A DNA stretch of 63,112 nt, the filler included, from Octopus bimaculoides (lineage: Eukaryota): assembly GCF_001194135.2 (NCBI RefSeq). It is 8 parts of 8 records of this genome, joined end to end, with 100 filler letters (N's around TTAATTAATTAA, not from the genome) between each part and the next. Parts side by side here need not be neighbours in the genome. Positions count along the whole stretch, not along the records: positions 36,896 to 49,137 come from NC_069009.1; positions 49,238 to 52,113 come from NC_068989.1; positions 52,214 to 58,135 come from NC_068991.1; 5 more parts are not named here. One strand, 5' to 3'. The position numbers and the translations under genes are program-made. The notes under the pieces were generated by a model that was not told the origin of the DNA, ran no database searches, and saw only the letters and a program-made list of their open reading frames with translations. Within the stretch, counting starts at the first letter, position 1. The number at the start of each line of letters is the position of its first letter. Shown here piece by piece: positions 39,075-52,265 of this stretch.

Positions 39075-39500
39075 CGCTATACTCTTTACTCTCTCTTTTA
39101 CTTGTTTCAGTTATATGACTATGACTGTGGCCATGTTGGAGCACTGCCTTTTAGTCAAACAAATCAACCCTAGCGCTTATTCTTTGTGAGCCTAGTACTT
39201 ATACTATCAATCTATTTTGCCGAACCGCTAAGTTACAGGGACATAAACACACCAGCATCGGTTGTCAAGTGATGTGGAGGGGGGGGGCAGACATGGAAAC
39301 ACACAAATATTTAAATACACATACACGTATATATACATATATATATGACGGGCTTCTTTCAGTTTCCATCTACCAAATCCACTCTCAAGGCTTTGGTCAG
39401 CCTGCGGCTAGAATAGAAGACACCCAAGGTGCCATGCAGTGGAACTGAACCTGGAACCACATAGTTTGGAAGCAGGCTTCTTACCACACAGCCACTTCTT
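39075..39500 (-). mobile_element. SINE family A copy
   Basis: Reverse complement of 27835-28225; further head fragments at 39630-39850. Confidence 0.85.
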
Positions 39501-39885
39501 TAGAATATATATATATTTTACAGCAATATCAGTACGAAGCAGTGTTTAGGCATAAGCAAACTTTAAGTCAGTTAAAATATGTTTCTGACATATTTCAACT
39601 GTTAAAGGCAAATTCATTGAAGTTATACATATACAACAGGCTTCTTTCAGTTTCCGTCTACCAAATCCACTCCCAAGGCTTTAGTTAGTCTGAGGCTATA
39701 ATAGAGGACACTTGCTCAAGGTGCCATGTAGTGAGAGTGAACCCAGAACCATGTGGTTGGGAAGCTAATAGAGGACACTTGCTCAAGGTGCCATGTAGTG
39801 AGAGTGAACCCAGAACCATGTGGTTGGGAAGTGAGCTTCTTACCACAGAGCCATACCTTCACCTACATATAAGTACATATGTATT

Positions 39886-40239
39886 TATTACCTCCGCCTT
39901 AACAAAGGCGGAGATATTGTTTTCAGTCATGTTTGTTTGCTTGTCTGTCCATGGACAAGATATCTCAAGAACTGCTGGATGGATTCTGATGAAACTTTCA
40001 AGGATGTTTTGCCTCATGACTGGCACAAACTGATTAGATTTGGGATCGATCTGGTACTGAACAAGGATTCTGGATTATTTTTCCTGTTTTCACTTAATTT
40101 TTGAGATTGGTTGAGTTCATTTTTAGTATTCTCCTTTGTGAGAGCAGTCGAGTTTATTTCAGATATTCTCATTTTAAAAATCATCTCTGGCTAATCGTTG
40201 AGAGGACGTTGGGGTTGCCTTGGCGGAGGTTTGTGCTCT
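39886..40239 (+). mobile_element. Non-autonomous DINE-1/HINE-like (Helentron-associated) element
   Basis: Begins TATTACCTCCGCCTTAACAAAGGCGGAG (hairpin), short GTTT/GTCT tract, distal GGCGGAGGT sub-terminal inverted repeat; homologous to 52263-53198. Confidence 0.6.
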
Positions 40240-40739
40240 NNNNNNNNNNNNNNNNNNNNNNNNNNNNNNNNNNNNNNNNNNNNNNNNNNNNNNNNNNNNN
40301 NNNNNNNNNNNNNNNNNNNNNNNNNNNNNNNNNNNNNNNNNNNNNNNNNNNNNNNNNNNNNNNNNNNNNNNNNNNNNNNNNNNNNNNNNNNNNNNNNNNN
40401 NNNNNNNNNNNNNNNNNNNNNNNNNNNNNNNNNNNNNNNNNNNNNNNNNNNNNNNNNNNNNNNNNNNNNNNNNNNNNNNNNNNNNNNNNNNNNNNNNNNN
40501 NNNNNNNNNNNNNNNNNNNNNNNNNNNNNNNNNNNNNNNNNNNNNNNNNNNNNNNNNNNNNNNNNNNNNNNNNNNNNNNNNNNNNNNNNNNNNNNNNNNN
40601 NNNNNNNNNNNNNNNNNNNNNNNNNNNNNNNNNNNNNNNNNNNNNNNNNNNNNNNNNNNNNNNNNNNNNNNNNNNNNNNNNNNNNNNNNNNTTTCTATAT
40701 ATATATATATGTAGATAGTTAGATAGCTAGGCAGACAGG

Positions 40740-40793
<54 letters not shown>

Positions 40794-41069
40794 CATAGAT
40801 AGATAGATAGATAGAGAAGATAGATAGATAGGCAGACAGGTAGATAGATAAATATATAGACGGATAGTTGTTACCTATAAAGTTCTCTCTCTCCATGTAT
40901 ATATAAAAGAACAAATGTGTGTTTATATACACATGTGGTTGTTATATATAAATACACATATAATATGCATGTATTTACTTACATATATGTATTTGCATGT
41001 ATGAGACATACATGCAGGATTGCACACACATACACACATACATATAAACACAGATTTATATATTCTTTT

Positions 41070-41450
41070 CTTCCTTTATTCTTTTACTTGTTTTGGTCAT
41101 TTGACTGTGGCCATGCTGGAGCACCACCTTTACGCAAGCAAATTGATCCCAGGACTTATTGTTTGTAAGCCTAGCACTTATTCTATCAGTCTATTATACA
41201 GGGACATAAACACACCAGCATCGGTTGTCAAGTGATGTTGTGGGAGACAAACACACACACACACACGCACAAATATACACATACATATATATAAACAACA
41301 GGCTTCTTTCAGTTTCCATCTACCAAATCCACTCACAAGGCTTTGGTCAGCCTGAAGCCATAGTAGAAGACACTTGCTCAAGGTGCCATGCAGTGGGACT
41401 GAACCCCAAACCTTGTGGTTGGTAGGCAAGCTACTTACCACACAGCCACA
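41070..41450 (-). mobile_element. SINE family A copy
   Basis: Reverse complement of 27835-28225. Confidence 0.85.
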
Positions 41451-41570
41451 CCTGCACCTATACACAAATGCTTCAAAAAAAAAAAAAAAATTTATATATA
41501 TATATGTATGTATATATATGCATGGAATTTATTTGTCAGTCCATGAATATGCACAGTCATATAGACAGAC

Positions 41571-41655
41571 ACACACATGGACAAACACACACATGGACAA
41601 ACACACACATGGACAAACACACACATGGACAAACACACACATGGACAAACACACA
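41571..41655. repeat. 16-bp minisatellite (CATGGACAAACACACA) x5
   Basis: Period of 16 read directly. Confidence 0.9.
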
Positions 41656-41718
41656 CACACACATTAATTTTTTAGTTGCACCAGAAATACATGCACAGAA
41701 TGAGTGAGAGAGATATAC

Positions 41719-41765
<47 letters not shown>

Positions 41766-42092
41766 TACATTAATCTGTTTGTTAAACCACATATACACAT
41801 ACACACAGCCACATATACACATATATATACAAGGATATATTTATACATAAACATATTTGTTAAACCATAAATACACATGCCAAAACATAGACATAAACAT
41901 GGATGAATATTTATATATATATGTGTGTGTGTGTGTATAAATAGATAGATAGACACATAAATACATACATCCATATATGTATTTATTAAACTGTAAATAC
42001 ATAAAACCATATGTACAGATACACACACACACACATATATATATAAGTCAGTAAATGGTGGGGTTGTGTTAACCACACGTGGAGAAATAATA

Positions 42093-42606
42093 GGAAAATG
42101 AAAAATAATAATAAGGCAGAATGCTAAACTGGAAGCATATTTTAATAAAGATTTCTAACCGGCTTTCATTGCATAGCAAATTTTCAAGAAGAGGGAGAAT
42201 GAAAATGTTTTTTACAAAGAAGTACAAAATGAAGAAAATAATATATAAAAAAATAAATATACCAATACATTATATTGTCGTTGAGCTTTTAAAGTTCAAT
42301 GGTAATCCATGTATATAATGGTTGGAAAAATAAGGATGCATTTGAATTGAGAGTTGTNNNNNNNNNNNNNNNNNNNNNNNNNNNNNNNNNNNNNNNNNNN
42401 NNNNNNNNNNNNNNNNNNNNNNNNNNNNNNNNNNNNNNNNNNNNNNNNNNNNNNNNNNNNNNNNNNNNNNNNNNNNNNNNNNNNNNNNNNNNATTTGTCT
42501 CCCCTTACACACACTTCCTGTTTAACACAAACTAAGCCAGTTAGAAATCTTTATTAAAATATGCTTCCAGTTTAGCATTCTGCCTTATTATTATTTTTCA
42601 TTTTCC
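42093..42606. repeat. 71-bp near-perfect inverted repeat (42093-42163 and 42536-42606) spanning a gap
   Basis: GGAAAATGAAAAATAATAATAAGGCAGAATGCTAAACTGGAAGCATATTTTAATAAAGATTTCTAAC and its reverse complement; 1 mismatch. Confidence 0.85.
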
Positions 42607-42624
42607 TCTCTCTATCTATGTATC

Positions 42625-42660
<36 letters not shown>

Positions 42661-43944
42661 AAGAGACATACACATATTTATACACTCACACACACATATA
42701 TATACACACACACACATATACACATATTTATAGGCACACACATATATAAATATATATATATATATATACATACATACATACACATATCTATACATACATA
42801 TGTATGTATACATGTGTTTGTGTGTCTTTATACAAATACATCGATATATACAAATATATTTATTTATAGATATACACGTACATATATACATATATATATA
42901 TATATCCACATAGTTATTCATATACATACACACATATATACATATAAAGCTAGATATTTTTGCTCTACCACAAATATGTCTCTAAAAAATGGTTATAATT
43001 TAATTTACACTATTACCAATTCCATTTCATTCCAATTCCCTGGATGTATGTTTTTGCTTTTCCTTATAATCATAGAAGCTAACTTCTTTGCACTATAAGA
43101 ACGGTACATTCAATTATATCCACCATATTTTTGCTTGTTTGATATTTTCATGCACATTTTTTTCTGTATTTCTTTTTATATTTCCATCTTCAAACTCACT
43201 TAAACTGACATAATTTCTTTTCTAACAACACTCAATCACCTTTAATAGACAATGAGTTTTCTTCTTGGAGAATATAAAGAGTTTATCATTTGGTATTCAC
43301 ACACATCGTATCTTAGCGTTAACTAGATTACTTCTCATATACTATTACATTACAATGACATGACATTACGCTAGCAAATTTTTCTCTGCTAAATATTGCA
43401 CTGATATGTTTATGCACATTTTAATAGTTTAATATTTCAATAATTGTAAAACGCACTTGAATATTTTATTGTATTTTATTTTATTCCAAAAAGCATAAAT
43501 ATGTTAATAATGTAATAACTCCTCGTCCTTCAAATTTGTATTTTCTCACTAAACTATGTTACCTGATTACTTATCTCTCAGATCATTTTTCTGCCACCAA
43601 CAGAGCTCGCTTGTTCTTAATTTTAAGCCATAAGATTTTAACATCACTATATATCATTTGATATATTGTACAATTTTTAATGCTGTTGGCTATAGTAGCT
43701 CATTTATGATCCAAGATGTTTCAATTCAGACCACTGTACAATCTCTTTAGACATAATGTATCTGAGACTATGTTATTTAATATTTAGTACTAGAGTACTT
43801 CTTGTGTGCTATTACATCACATAACATGTTTGCAAATTTTTCTTGGCTGAATATTTCATTGATATGCTTACAAATATTTAAATAATTGTAAAATACACTC
43901 GAATATTTCATCGTATTTTATTTTATTGTGAGTATTAATGGCTA

Positions 43945-44070
43945 TAGTTGTTGCTTAGCCCTGGGTCAGTCCTGATCCAGCAGACCTATGATCAAAGATG
44001 TTCCAGCTGTGATCATCCTATCATTTATATAGGCATAGTGTATCTAGGACTACATTATATAATGTACACT
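43945..44070 (+). repeat. Short dispersed repeat (GGCTATAG..GTT..TTAGCCC..GGTCAG.CCTGAT...CCTATGATCAAAGATGTTCCA)
   Basis: Homologous copies in tandem at about 48549-48680 and 48706-48835. Confidence 0.75.
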
Positions 44071-44766
44071 CCAATAGTTAGTATTAGCAGATGTAGCTGT
44101 TCTTTACTCTGCATATATATATATATGTAGAAGGTTGACTAAAATGGAATATTTTCCTCTTGGCAAATATTACCAGCAAAGCAGACATGTGAAAAATCCA
44201 TAATTGGTAAGTAACAGAGTTTTCAGAATTCTTTCACACAAATTTCGACATGATTTAATTTCCATTTCACAGACACCATATTTCACTATAAATCTTGTCA
44301 AATATAGTAACATTTCTGGAGTTTTCTATTTAAGATGTGGACAAACAATAACTGATTTGTAAAGAAGAAAAAAAAGAAATATAAGTGAAAATATAGGCAC
44401 ATGGTTAACAAGCTCATTTTGCTATCAGCTGGTTTTCGGTTCAACTCCAGTCTGTGGCACCTCGGCCAAGTATTTTCTATTATAGCCTTGGGCTGACCAG
44501 CACCTTGTCAGTGTATTTGGTAGATAAAAACTGAAACTGTGTGGACCCTTTTATTCACTTATTTGTTTCGGTCATTTGACTGTGACCATGCTGGAGCATT
44601 GCCTCAAAGGGTTTTTTTAGTTGAAGAAATTGATCCCAGGACTTATTCTTTGTAAGCCGAGTATTTATCCTATCGGTCTCTTTTGCAGAACTGCTAAGTT
44701 ACAAAGATGTAAACACACTAACTTCGGTTGTCAATTGATGGTGGTTGGACAGGCATAGACACAATG

Positions 44767-44806
<40 letters not shown>

Positions 44807-45282
44807 CAAAATAAGCAACAAGGATATCCAAAGTTAATACAATATGATCGTTTAATGCGACTCCATTTATTTAAGCAATGTGAACATTAAACTTAAGTAC
44901 CATATTCACCTAGAATCTAAATTTATCGGTCCTTCCACAGTGTAACCTCATGTATATCGTTGGGTAAATTTGCAGATTTTGTTTCACTTGTTAGAAATAG
45001 CAGCTAAATCTTGCGGAAATTGAAGAAACATTTGACAGAGTGTCTTTAAACCTTTTGTTACCATATTTCTGTTGAGATGCTGTGTTTCTTTTGATTCATT
45101 TTAAATATAACAAAGAATTTAGTAAAATAACTTAGTTATCATTCAGCTAGTGTCAGGAACATAAATAGTGACTAAGGTTTGGTGGAAGATTTTAATTCAA
45201 AACTTATGAAAACAAGACATTTGTACTGCAGAGCCAGAGGCGGTTTCAACCAGGTTGGTATCAAAAGGGTTAAAGGCACAGT

Positions 45283-45455
45283 AGTGGGTGGAAAAAGTTG
45301 ATTACATTGACCCCAGTACTCAACTGGTACTTATTTTATTGACACCTAAAGGATGAAAGGCAAAGTCAACCTTGGCAGAATTTGAACTCAGAATGGAAAG
45401 ATAGATGGAATACTGCTTAGCATTTTTCCAGGTGTGCTAATAATTCTGCCACCTT
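45283..45455 (-). mobile_element. SINE family B copy
   Basis: Reverse complement of the 116-321 family. Confidence 0.8.
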
Positions 45456-45460
45456 GATAA

Positions 45461-45950
45461 TCATCATCATCATCATTGTCATTTAACGTCTGCTTTCCAT
45501 GCTGGCATGGGTTGGATGGTTTGACTGAGAACTGGCAAGTCGGGGGGCTGCGCCAGGCTCCAATCTGATTTGGCAAGGTTTCTACAGCTGGATGCCCTTC
45601 CTTACACCAACCCCTCCAAGAGTGTAGTGGGGGCTTTCATGAGCCACCAGCATGGGAGCCAGTCAGGCGGCACTGACATTGGCCACAACTATGATTTCAC
45701 TCAGTTCAACAGGTCCTCACAAGCACGAAATATTGCCCGACAATTGAAGGGTGCTTTTAAACGGGCCGGTTATGAAACACTGGCATCAGCCCCAACTGCA
45801 ATCTCACTTGGCTTGCTGGGTTTTCTCAAGCATAGCATATCTCCAAAGGTCTCGGTCACTTGTCACTGCCGCTGTGAGACCCAAACTTTTGCAGGTCGTG
45901 CTTCACCACCTCATTCCATGTCTTTCTAGGTCTACCTCTTCCACAGGTCC
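45461..45950 (-). mobile_element. SINE family C / RTE 3' fragment
   Basis: (CAT)n tail, CCATGCTGGCATGGGTTGGATGG and GCTGGATGCCCTTCC motifs; ends in RTE-derived CAGGTCGTGCTTCACCACCTCA. Confidence 0.75.
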
Positions 45951-45966
45951 CTTATGATAATAATAA

Positions 45967-46004
<38 letters not shown>

Positions 46005-46597
46005 ATAATAATAATAATAATCCTTTGTACTATAGGCACACAGCCTGAAATTTGGGGGGAAGGGGCTAGTTGATTACATCAACATCAGTGCATAACTAGT
46101 AAATCCCCGTAACTAAGCGATTTGGCAAAAGGGACCGACAAAATAAGTACTAAGCTGACAAGGAATAAGTCCTGTGGTCAATTAGTTTGACTAAAGGTGG
46201 TGCTCCAGCATGGCCGCTGTCAAATGACTGAAACCAGTAAAAGAATATATATATATATATATATATGTAATACATGTATCACATGATCATTTGATTCACC
46301 AGACTATTGGCTGTTGTTATGGCTTGCTGGTCACAGTGCACTTTGTATCGTTTTAGCTTTTGAATTATGTCACCCTACTGGCCAGGTGAGCAGCCCCCCC
46401 ACCCCACAATGATAGGAAGGTTAGTCCATTGTATGGTTACCTATGTACAGCTGAGTAGACTGGAGTAAATGTAAAATGAAATGCTTTGCTGAAGAACACA
46501 ACATGCTGCTTGGTCTGGGAATTGAACCTACCACTGCTAGATCATGAGTGCAACAAACTAGCCACTAAACCATGTGCCTATATACATACATACATAT

Positions 46598-46634
<37 letters not shown>

Positions 46635-46675
46635 CATACACACACACATATATATACACACATATATATACACAC

Positions 46676-46719
<44 letters not shown>

Positions 46720-47847
46720 AGAGAAAAGGAGAGAGAGAGAGCAAAAGAGAGAGATATGCGTATATGTATATGCATATACATATATATATATATATGGATA
46801 TGTGTGTAAGCATGTGTATATACAAACATATATTTATATATGCAAGCATATATATAAATATATATGAATATATGTATTTGTATATAAATATCTCCAGAGA
46901 TGCAGAAGTATGTGTGAGAATTTATATAATCTCTCACACACACACACATGCATATACATACATTCCCACACTAATATGTACATGTGCACATACACAGACA
47001 AACACACATGCAACACATGCATATACCTATTTAAAACAGGCAATGTACCATGTGCCTTGCAATGGCACCAAATGTTGCTATCCAAATATTGGAATACTGT
47101 ATTAAATATTCCAGCATTTTGGTATTTAGACTCATTGAGAATATTTTATCAATACGATTTGTGAAAGAAAGAAATTTCATTGCGAAATTTGAAGAAGTTG
47201 TCAGCAATTGATATTGTATTCAGACCTACATTAGAGCTTATTGAAAAATTAAAGCATTGAAAGTTCCATGTGCATCTAAATATATTTTATTGATATTTAA
47301 TTACCATTTCTAAACAGAGATGGGTTAGTTAGATGATTGAGAGGAAGGGCAGGGTTGTGTGAGATGTGGCAGCAGAGTTGAAGAAGTGGTTGGGGAGGAA
47401 ATATTATTGAGAAATGATAGAGAAGAATAATGCAAGAAGAGAAATTTTAAAATATATTTGTAGAAAAATGTGGATTGGAAGATGGTAAAATAAATAAATA
47501 TGTAAAAGAAAGGATTTTTAATGAATTATTCTGAATTCTCAGCGAAAATTAAAGAAATATTGGAGATATTTTGAATGAAAGCGAAAATAATTTTACAAAA
47601 CCGACAGAATGTTAAAGGAAGCAAAAAAAAAAGAAGAAAAAAGAAGGAAAATGTATAACAAACAAAATGGAATAAAATAATTTTTCTCTCCTGAAAAAGG
47701 GAAGAAAATAAATAACGAATATTTTAGAAAGTAGAAAAATGTCGAGATGAATCAGAGAGCTTTTATAACCTTAATCATTATATTTCAAAAGTTCATTTTG
47801 AAGAACGTAGTTTGAAGAATGGTTTTCCAGGAAATTTTATTCATTTT

Positions 47848-47964
47848 TCAAACATGATTTTCATCGTAGAGTTTGTCATTATTAAATCTATTAACAAATT
47901 TATAAGCGTAAAAGCCAGCCAACAACAATTCGTTGTTCAGTTTTTCTTTTTTGAGTTTTCTTTC
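47848..47964 (-). CDS. Candidate terminal exon of an orphan gene (ERKLKKEKLNNELLLAGFYAYKFVNRFNNDKLYDENHV*)
   Basis: TCGTTTTCACAG acceptor (phase 0), open to TGA, AATAAA at 47841-47836; no recognised homology. Confidence 0.35.
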   Translation of the reverse strand, partial: ERKLKKEKLNNELLLAGFYAYKFVNRFNNDKLYDENHV

Positions 47965-48844
47965 CTGTGAAAACGACAGCAGACGACACACGCAAGAGAC
48001 AAGAGGAGGGAGAGAGAGATGTACAGATAAACGTAGAAATAACAGCAGATGATAGAGAAAGACGGACCAACAATACAATATTAAAAATGGAGAGAAATGA
48101 GAATTGAGAAAGAAAAATGAAGAAAAGCCTTTTAAAAATGAATGAAGATGAAACTTAGAAGGGAAAAAAAGAAATTTTAATGAGAGTTTTTTTGTTAATT
48201 ATTAAAAAAGGTGTAAAATTTAAGGCGTTTTTGTGAAATTAATCCATCATGTGGCTGTAGCTACTGCTGTTGTTGTACTGTTTATTGTTACAATTGTATT
48301 GGCTGTTGCGACAGTTGTCTTTACTGCTGCAGTGGTGGTGGTAGTAGTTCGTGCTATAGTGGTAGTGGTTGTTACTGCTACTGTTGTTGAAGTTTTTGTT
48401 ATAGTTGTAACTGTTGCATCTAATGAGGTTGTCATTGCTGTTACAATGGTGCTGGTTGTGGTGGTGGTGGTGGTTGTGGTGGTGGTGGTTGTGGTGGTGG
48501 TGGTTGTGGTGGTGGTGGTGGTGGTAGTGTTTAACATTTGATATTAGTGGCTATAGCTGTTCTTGTTTAGCCCTTGGTCAGTCCTGGTCTAGCAAACCTA
48601 TGATCAAAGATGTTCCATATGTGACCATCCCATCTTTCATTCAAACACAGTGTATCTAGAGCTACATTATCTCATGTACAGTATAGGAGTTAGTATTAGT
48701 GGCTATATGTGTTCTAGTTCTGTAACCCCAGGTAAATTCTGATCCAGCTTACCTGTAATCAAAAATTCTCCAGTTGTGACCATCCCATCTCTTATTCAGA
48801 CATAGTGTATCTAGGATTACATTATCTAATGTATAACATAATAC

Positions 48845-49050
48845 TCTTTTACTCTTTTGCTTGTTTCAGTCATTTGACTGCGGCCATGCTGGAGCACTGC
48901 CTTTAGTCGAGCAAATTGACCCCAGGACTTATTCTTTGGAAGCCTAGTACTTATTCTATCGGTCTCTTTTGCTGAACTGCTAAGTTACGGGGACGTAAAC
49001 ACACCAGCATCGGTTGTCAAACGATGTTGGGGGGGGACAAACACAGACAC
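48845..49050 (-). mobile_element. SINE family A, 3' portion
   Basis: Reverse complement of 28040-28225. Confidence 0.85.
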
Positions 49051-49077
49051 ACATACATACATACACACACACACATC

Positions 49078-49137
<60 letters not shown>

Positions 49138-49237
49138 NNNNNNNNNNNNNNNNNNNNNNNNNNNNNNNNNNNNNNNNNNNNTTAATTAATTAANNNNNNN
49201 NNNNNNNNNNNNNNNNNNNNNNNNNNNNNNNNNNNNN

Positions 49238-49274
<37 letters not shown>

Positions 49275-49308
49275 ATGTATGTATATTTATATATAAACGT
49301 GATAAATT

Positions 49309-49644
49309 TTATTCGTGGATATAAAGTTCGATAGACGCATCTACACAGAAGATAGAACAAACTAAAGTGTTTGTGTTATGTAAAACTTGAAACAGCTGTC
49401 GTTCAATTGCATCTTTTGTAAGTGCTGTAACAGTCTGATTCTGACAAGTTTGCGTATCGGTCGTTGATACTATCAAACAACGTTCTGATGATATGGATTC
49501 TGTTTCTGGCAAGTTTGGTTTTGATAATATGTATTCTTCAGATGTCTTTTCTTTCGTTAGACACGGGAATATTGCTCTAATTAATTGCCTGGCTCCTGCA
49601 TACAGCCATTCGGAGAAACTCAGGTGACTTCCCTTGGCTGTCAT
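49309..49644 (-). CDS. Candidate coding exon of an orphan gene (MTAKGSHLSFSEWLYAGARQLIRAIFPCL...; up to 111 aa)
   Basis: High-complexity ORF in non-repetitive DNA, aaaATG context, preceded by a canonical 129-nt intron (CAG|GTATGA at 49838; TTCTTGTAG| at 49710). The 3' boundary is uncertain. Confidence 0.4.
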   Translation of the reverse strand: MTAKGSHLSFSEWLYAGARQLIRAIFPCLTKEKTSEEYILSKPNLPETESISSERCLIVSTTDTQTCQNQTVTALTKDAIERQLFQVLHNTNTLVCSIFCVDASIELYIHE

Positions 49645-50084
49645 TTTCAATAAATATAAATGATAATTAGTAAATTTATTAACGCAAATGAATTTCTTGC
49701 GTGAATAACCTACAAGAAGTTGAAGTCAAGCAATAAATATTTTGAAAATAATATCTCGTTTCTCGCAATTTGTTATTATGACGTCATAATATTAAACGGT
49801 CCTGGGTCATGTGTTAATTTAAAACATCACTTTCATACCTGAATCAGTAAGGAGACATTGAAAAACACCCAAACATAAAACGCATCTATTTAGTTGCTAA
49901 ATCTAACAGATCCAGCTATGTATATATACATCACTGTTTCCTCTGCGTTCGCAAATCGATTTTGTAGTTGATACTTGTTCGATATTAACAGCAATAATAG
50001 TAATGTGTAGGATATTCCTTTTCTGTACGTTCGTTTAAGAATGCCACACATGCAAGGATCATGGATTTCTCCTTCTGCATATTC

Positions 50085-50495
50085 TTTTATTCTTTTATTT
50101 CTTTCAGTCATTTGACTGTGGCCATGCTGCAGCACCGCCTTTAGTCGAACAAATCGACTCCAGGACTTATTCACTGTAAGACTAGTACTTATACTATCGG
50201 TCTCTTTGCTGAACCGCTAGATTAGGGGAACGTAAACACACCAACATCGGTTGTCAAGCGATGTTGGGGATAAACACAGACACACAAGCATACACACACA
50301 CACAAACACACACACACACACACATACACACACACACACACAAACATATATATATATATGTCGAGGTTCACTCAGTTTCCGTGTACCAAATCCACTCACA
50401 AAGCTTTGGTCGGCCCGAGGCTATAGTAGAAAACACTTGCCTAAGGTGCTACGCTGTAGGACTGAACTTGGAACCACGCGGTTGGTAAGCAAGCT
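50085..50495 (-). mobile_element. SINE family A copy
   Basis: Reverse complement of 27835-28225. Confidence 0.85.
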
Positions 50496-51598
50496 ACTTT
50501 GTTTCATTTAATTGGCTATAAACTTGGGTAAATGCTTTTATTTTTCATTCCCTTCGATGTTTATCTCAAATAGTGGTTTGGATTTTAGCTGTTCCTTCTA
50601 GCGTGCAAGGAATCCTATGACGGATACCTCTCATGTGTTTAAATGTACACTGTCTCATCTCATATATATATATATAATTTTGTGCTGTGTGTGGGCCGGC
50701 ATGCCACAGAATAGATTCGACGTTTCTTCTGCGTTGTTGTAAAAGGCAACTAACAGAGGTTAAGATAAGATTTGCATTCCGACGTCGTAAATGCCGCATC
50801 AACGACGATTGCCTAAACAAACCTACGAGCTGGAAGGTTCTCGCCTGACTGGTTCAAAGGCGCCATCTACCGGGAGTAGAGAATCAACAACAAATGACTG
50901 ATGTAGCGACGCGCTGTAACAGCGCGTGTCCCCATACTACTACTACTACTACTGCTACTGCTACTGCAGCTCATAAATTTTAATGTTATTTTTAAGGTTA
51001 TAAATTCAATCAAATTTCTGACCGAAGACTGTTCATTCCCCCGTAGTAAGCTCACCATGGAGACGTTGTCTTGATTCGTACGTATTATTCCGTTGACCGT
51101 ATGGCAATTCCAATAAATTTGGTAATTTGCGACAGAGTCCATGAGAGTTTCGCGTAGTAAAAGAATTTATCTCTAAATATTTCTTGCTCCAGATCTTTTT
51201 CTTCACCCTTTAAATAGGTAGACATCGTTGGCCATTTGGAAGTGCGATAGATTTAGCTGCTACGCGTAGGTATTAAAGTGCAGCCTAGAAATTTTCGTAT
51301 AACTGTAGCTAACATTCACGTTATGTTCATAAAAATAAAAAAAAGGATTGTGGTAATTAAGACTTAGTGGCAATTGTCTTTTTTGTATTAGCGCTCATAA
51401 ATATCTTGTAATTTTCGAAAATATCTTAAATCACTGTTAACACAGCAGCTGAAGATTACAGTTCTGGCGACAAACTTGAAGTAACAGAAAAATAATCATC
51501 TTTATAATAATTCTTTATAATAATTCGATACAATATTCTTTGCTTTGTTGGTAATGTAATCTTAATAGCACCTACATTTATGTATATGCCTCTGTCTG

Positions 51599-51629
<31 letters not shown>

Positions 51630-52213
51630 GTATCTGGCTGTTTGTATATATGTATGTATGTATGTATATATATTTATGCATATGTGTGTATAACAATACA
51701 TCCATTTAGGCATGTATCGATGTACGCATGTATATATGTATGTATACACATGTTTTTGTATCTATAGCGTTACGATACGTCTCGGTCGAATTGTACCAAT
51801 AATGTATGTTTTCTCTTTTCCAATATTTTTATTAAATTATTCATAACTAACGTAAAACATGATGTTTAACAGGTAAATAATACCGAAACATAAATCATAG
51901 GCGACATTACATAATAACATAAATCTAAGACAGAACGAATGTCGTGTCTTCATTTCTCTATTGATGTATCATCTTCTCAATTATTTGGTCACATGATAGC
52001 GTACTGTCTTCTCAACATATTGTCAAATGTTTAGCGCCGCATTCCCTTTAACACACACAGACACACACACAAACACACAAACACACACACACAGAAGTAT
52101 ATATATATAAGATNNNNNNNNNNNNNNNNNNNNNNNNNNNNNNNNNNNNNNNNNNNNTTAATTAATTAANNNNNNNNNNNNNNNNNNNNNNNNNNNNNNN
52201 NNNNNNNNNNNNN

Positions 52214-52262
<49 letters not shown>

Positions 52263-52265
<3 letters not shown>

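Noticed and set aside
51100-51240. 46-codon minus-strand ORF MSTYLKGEEKDLEQEIFRDKFFYY...
   Set aside because: Short, stops before the donor, no recognised homology; at most a uORF of the candidate orphan transcript.
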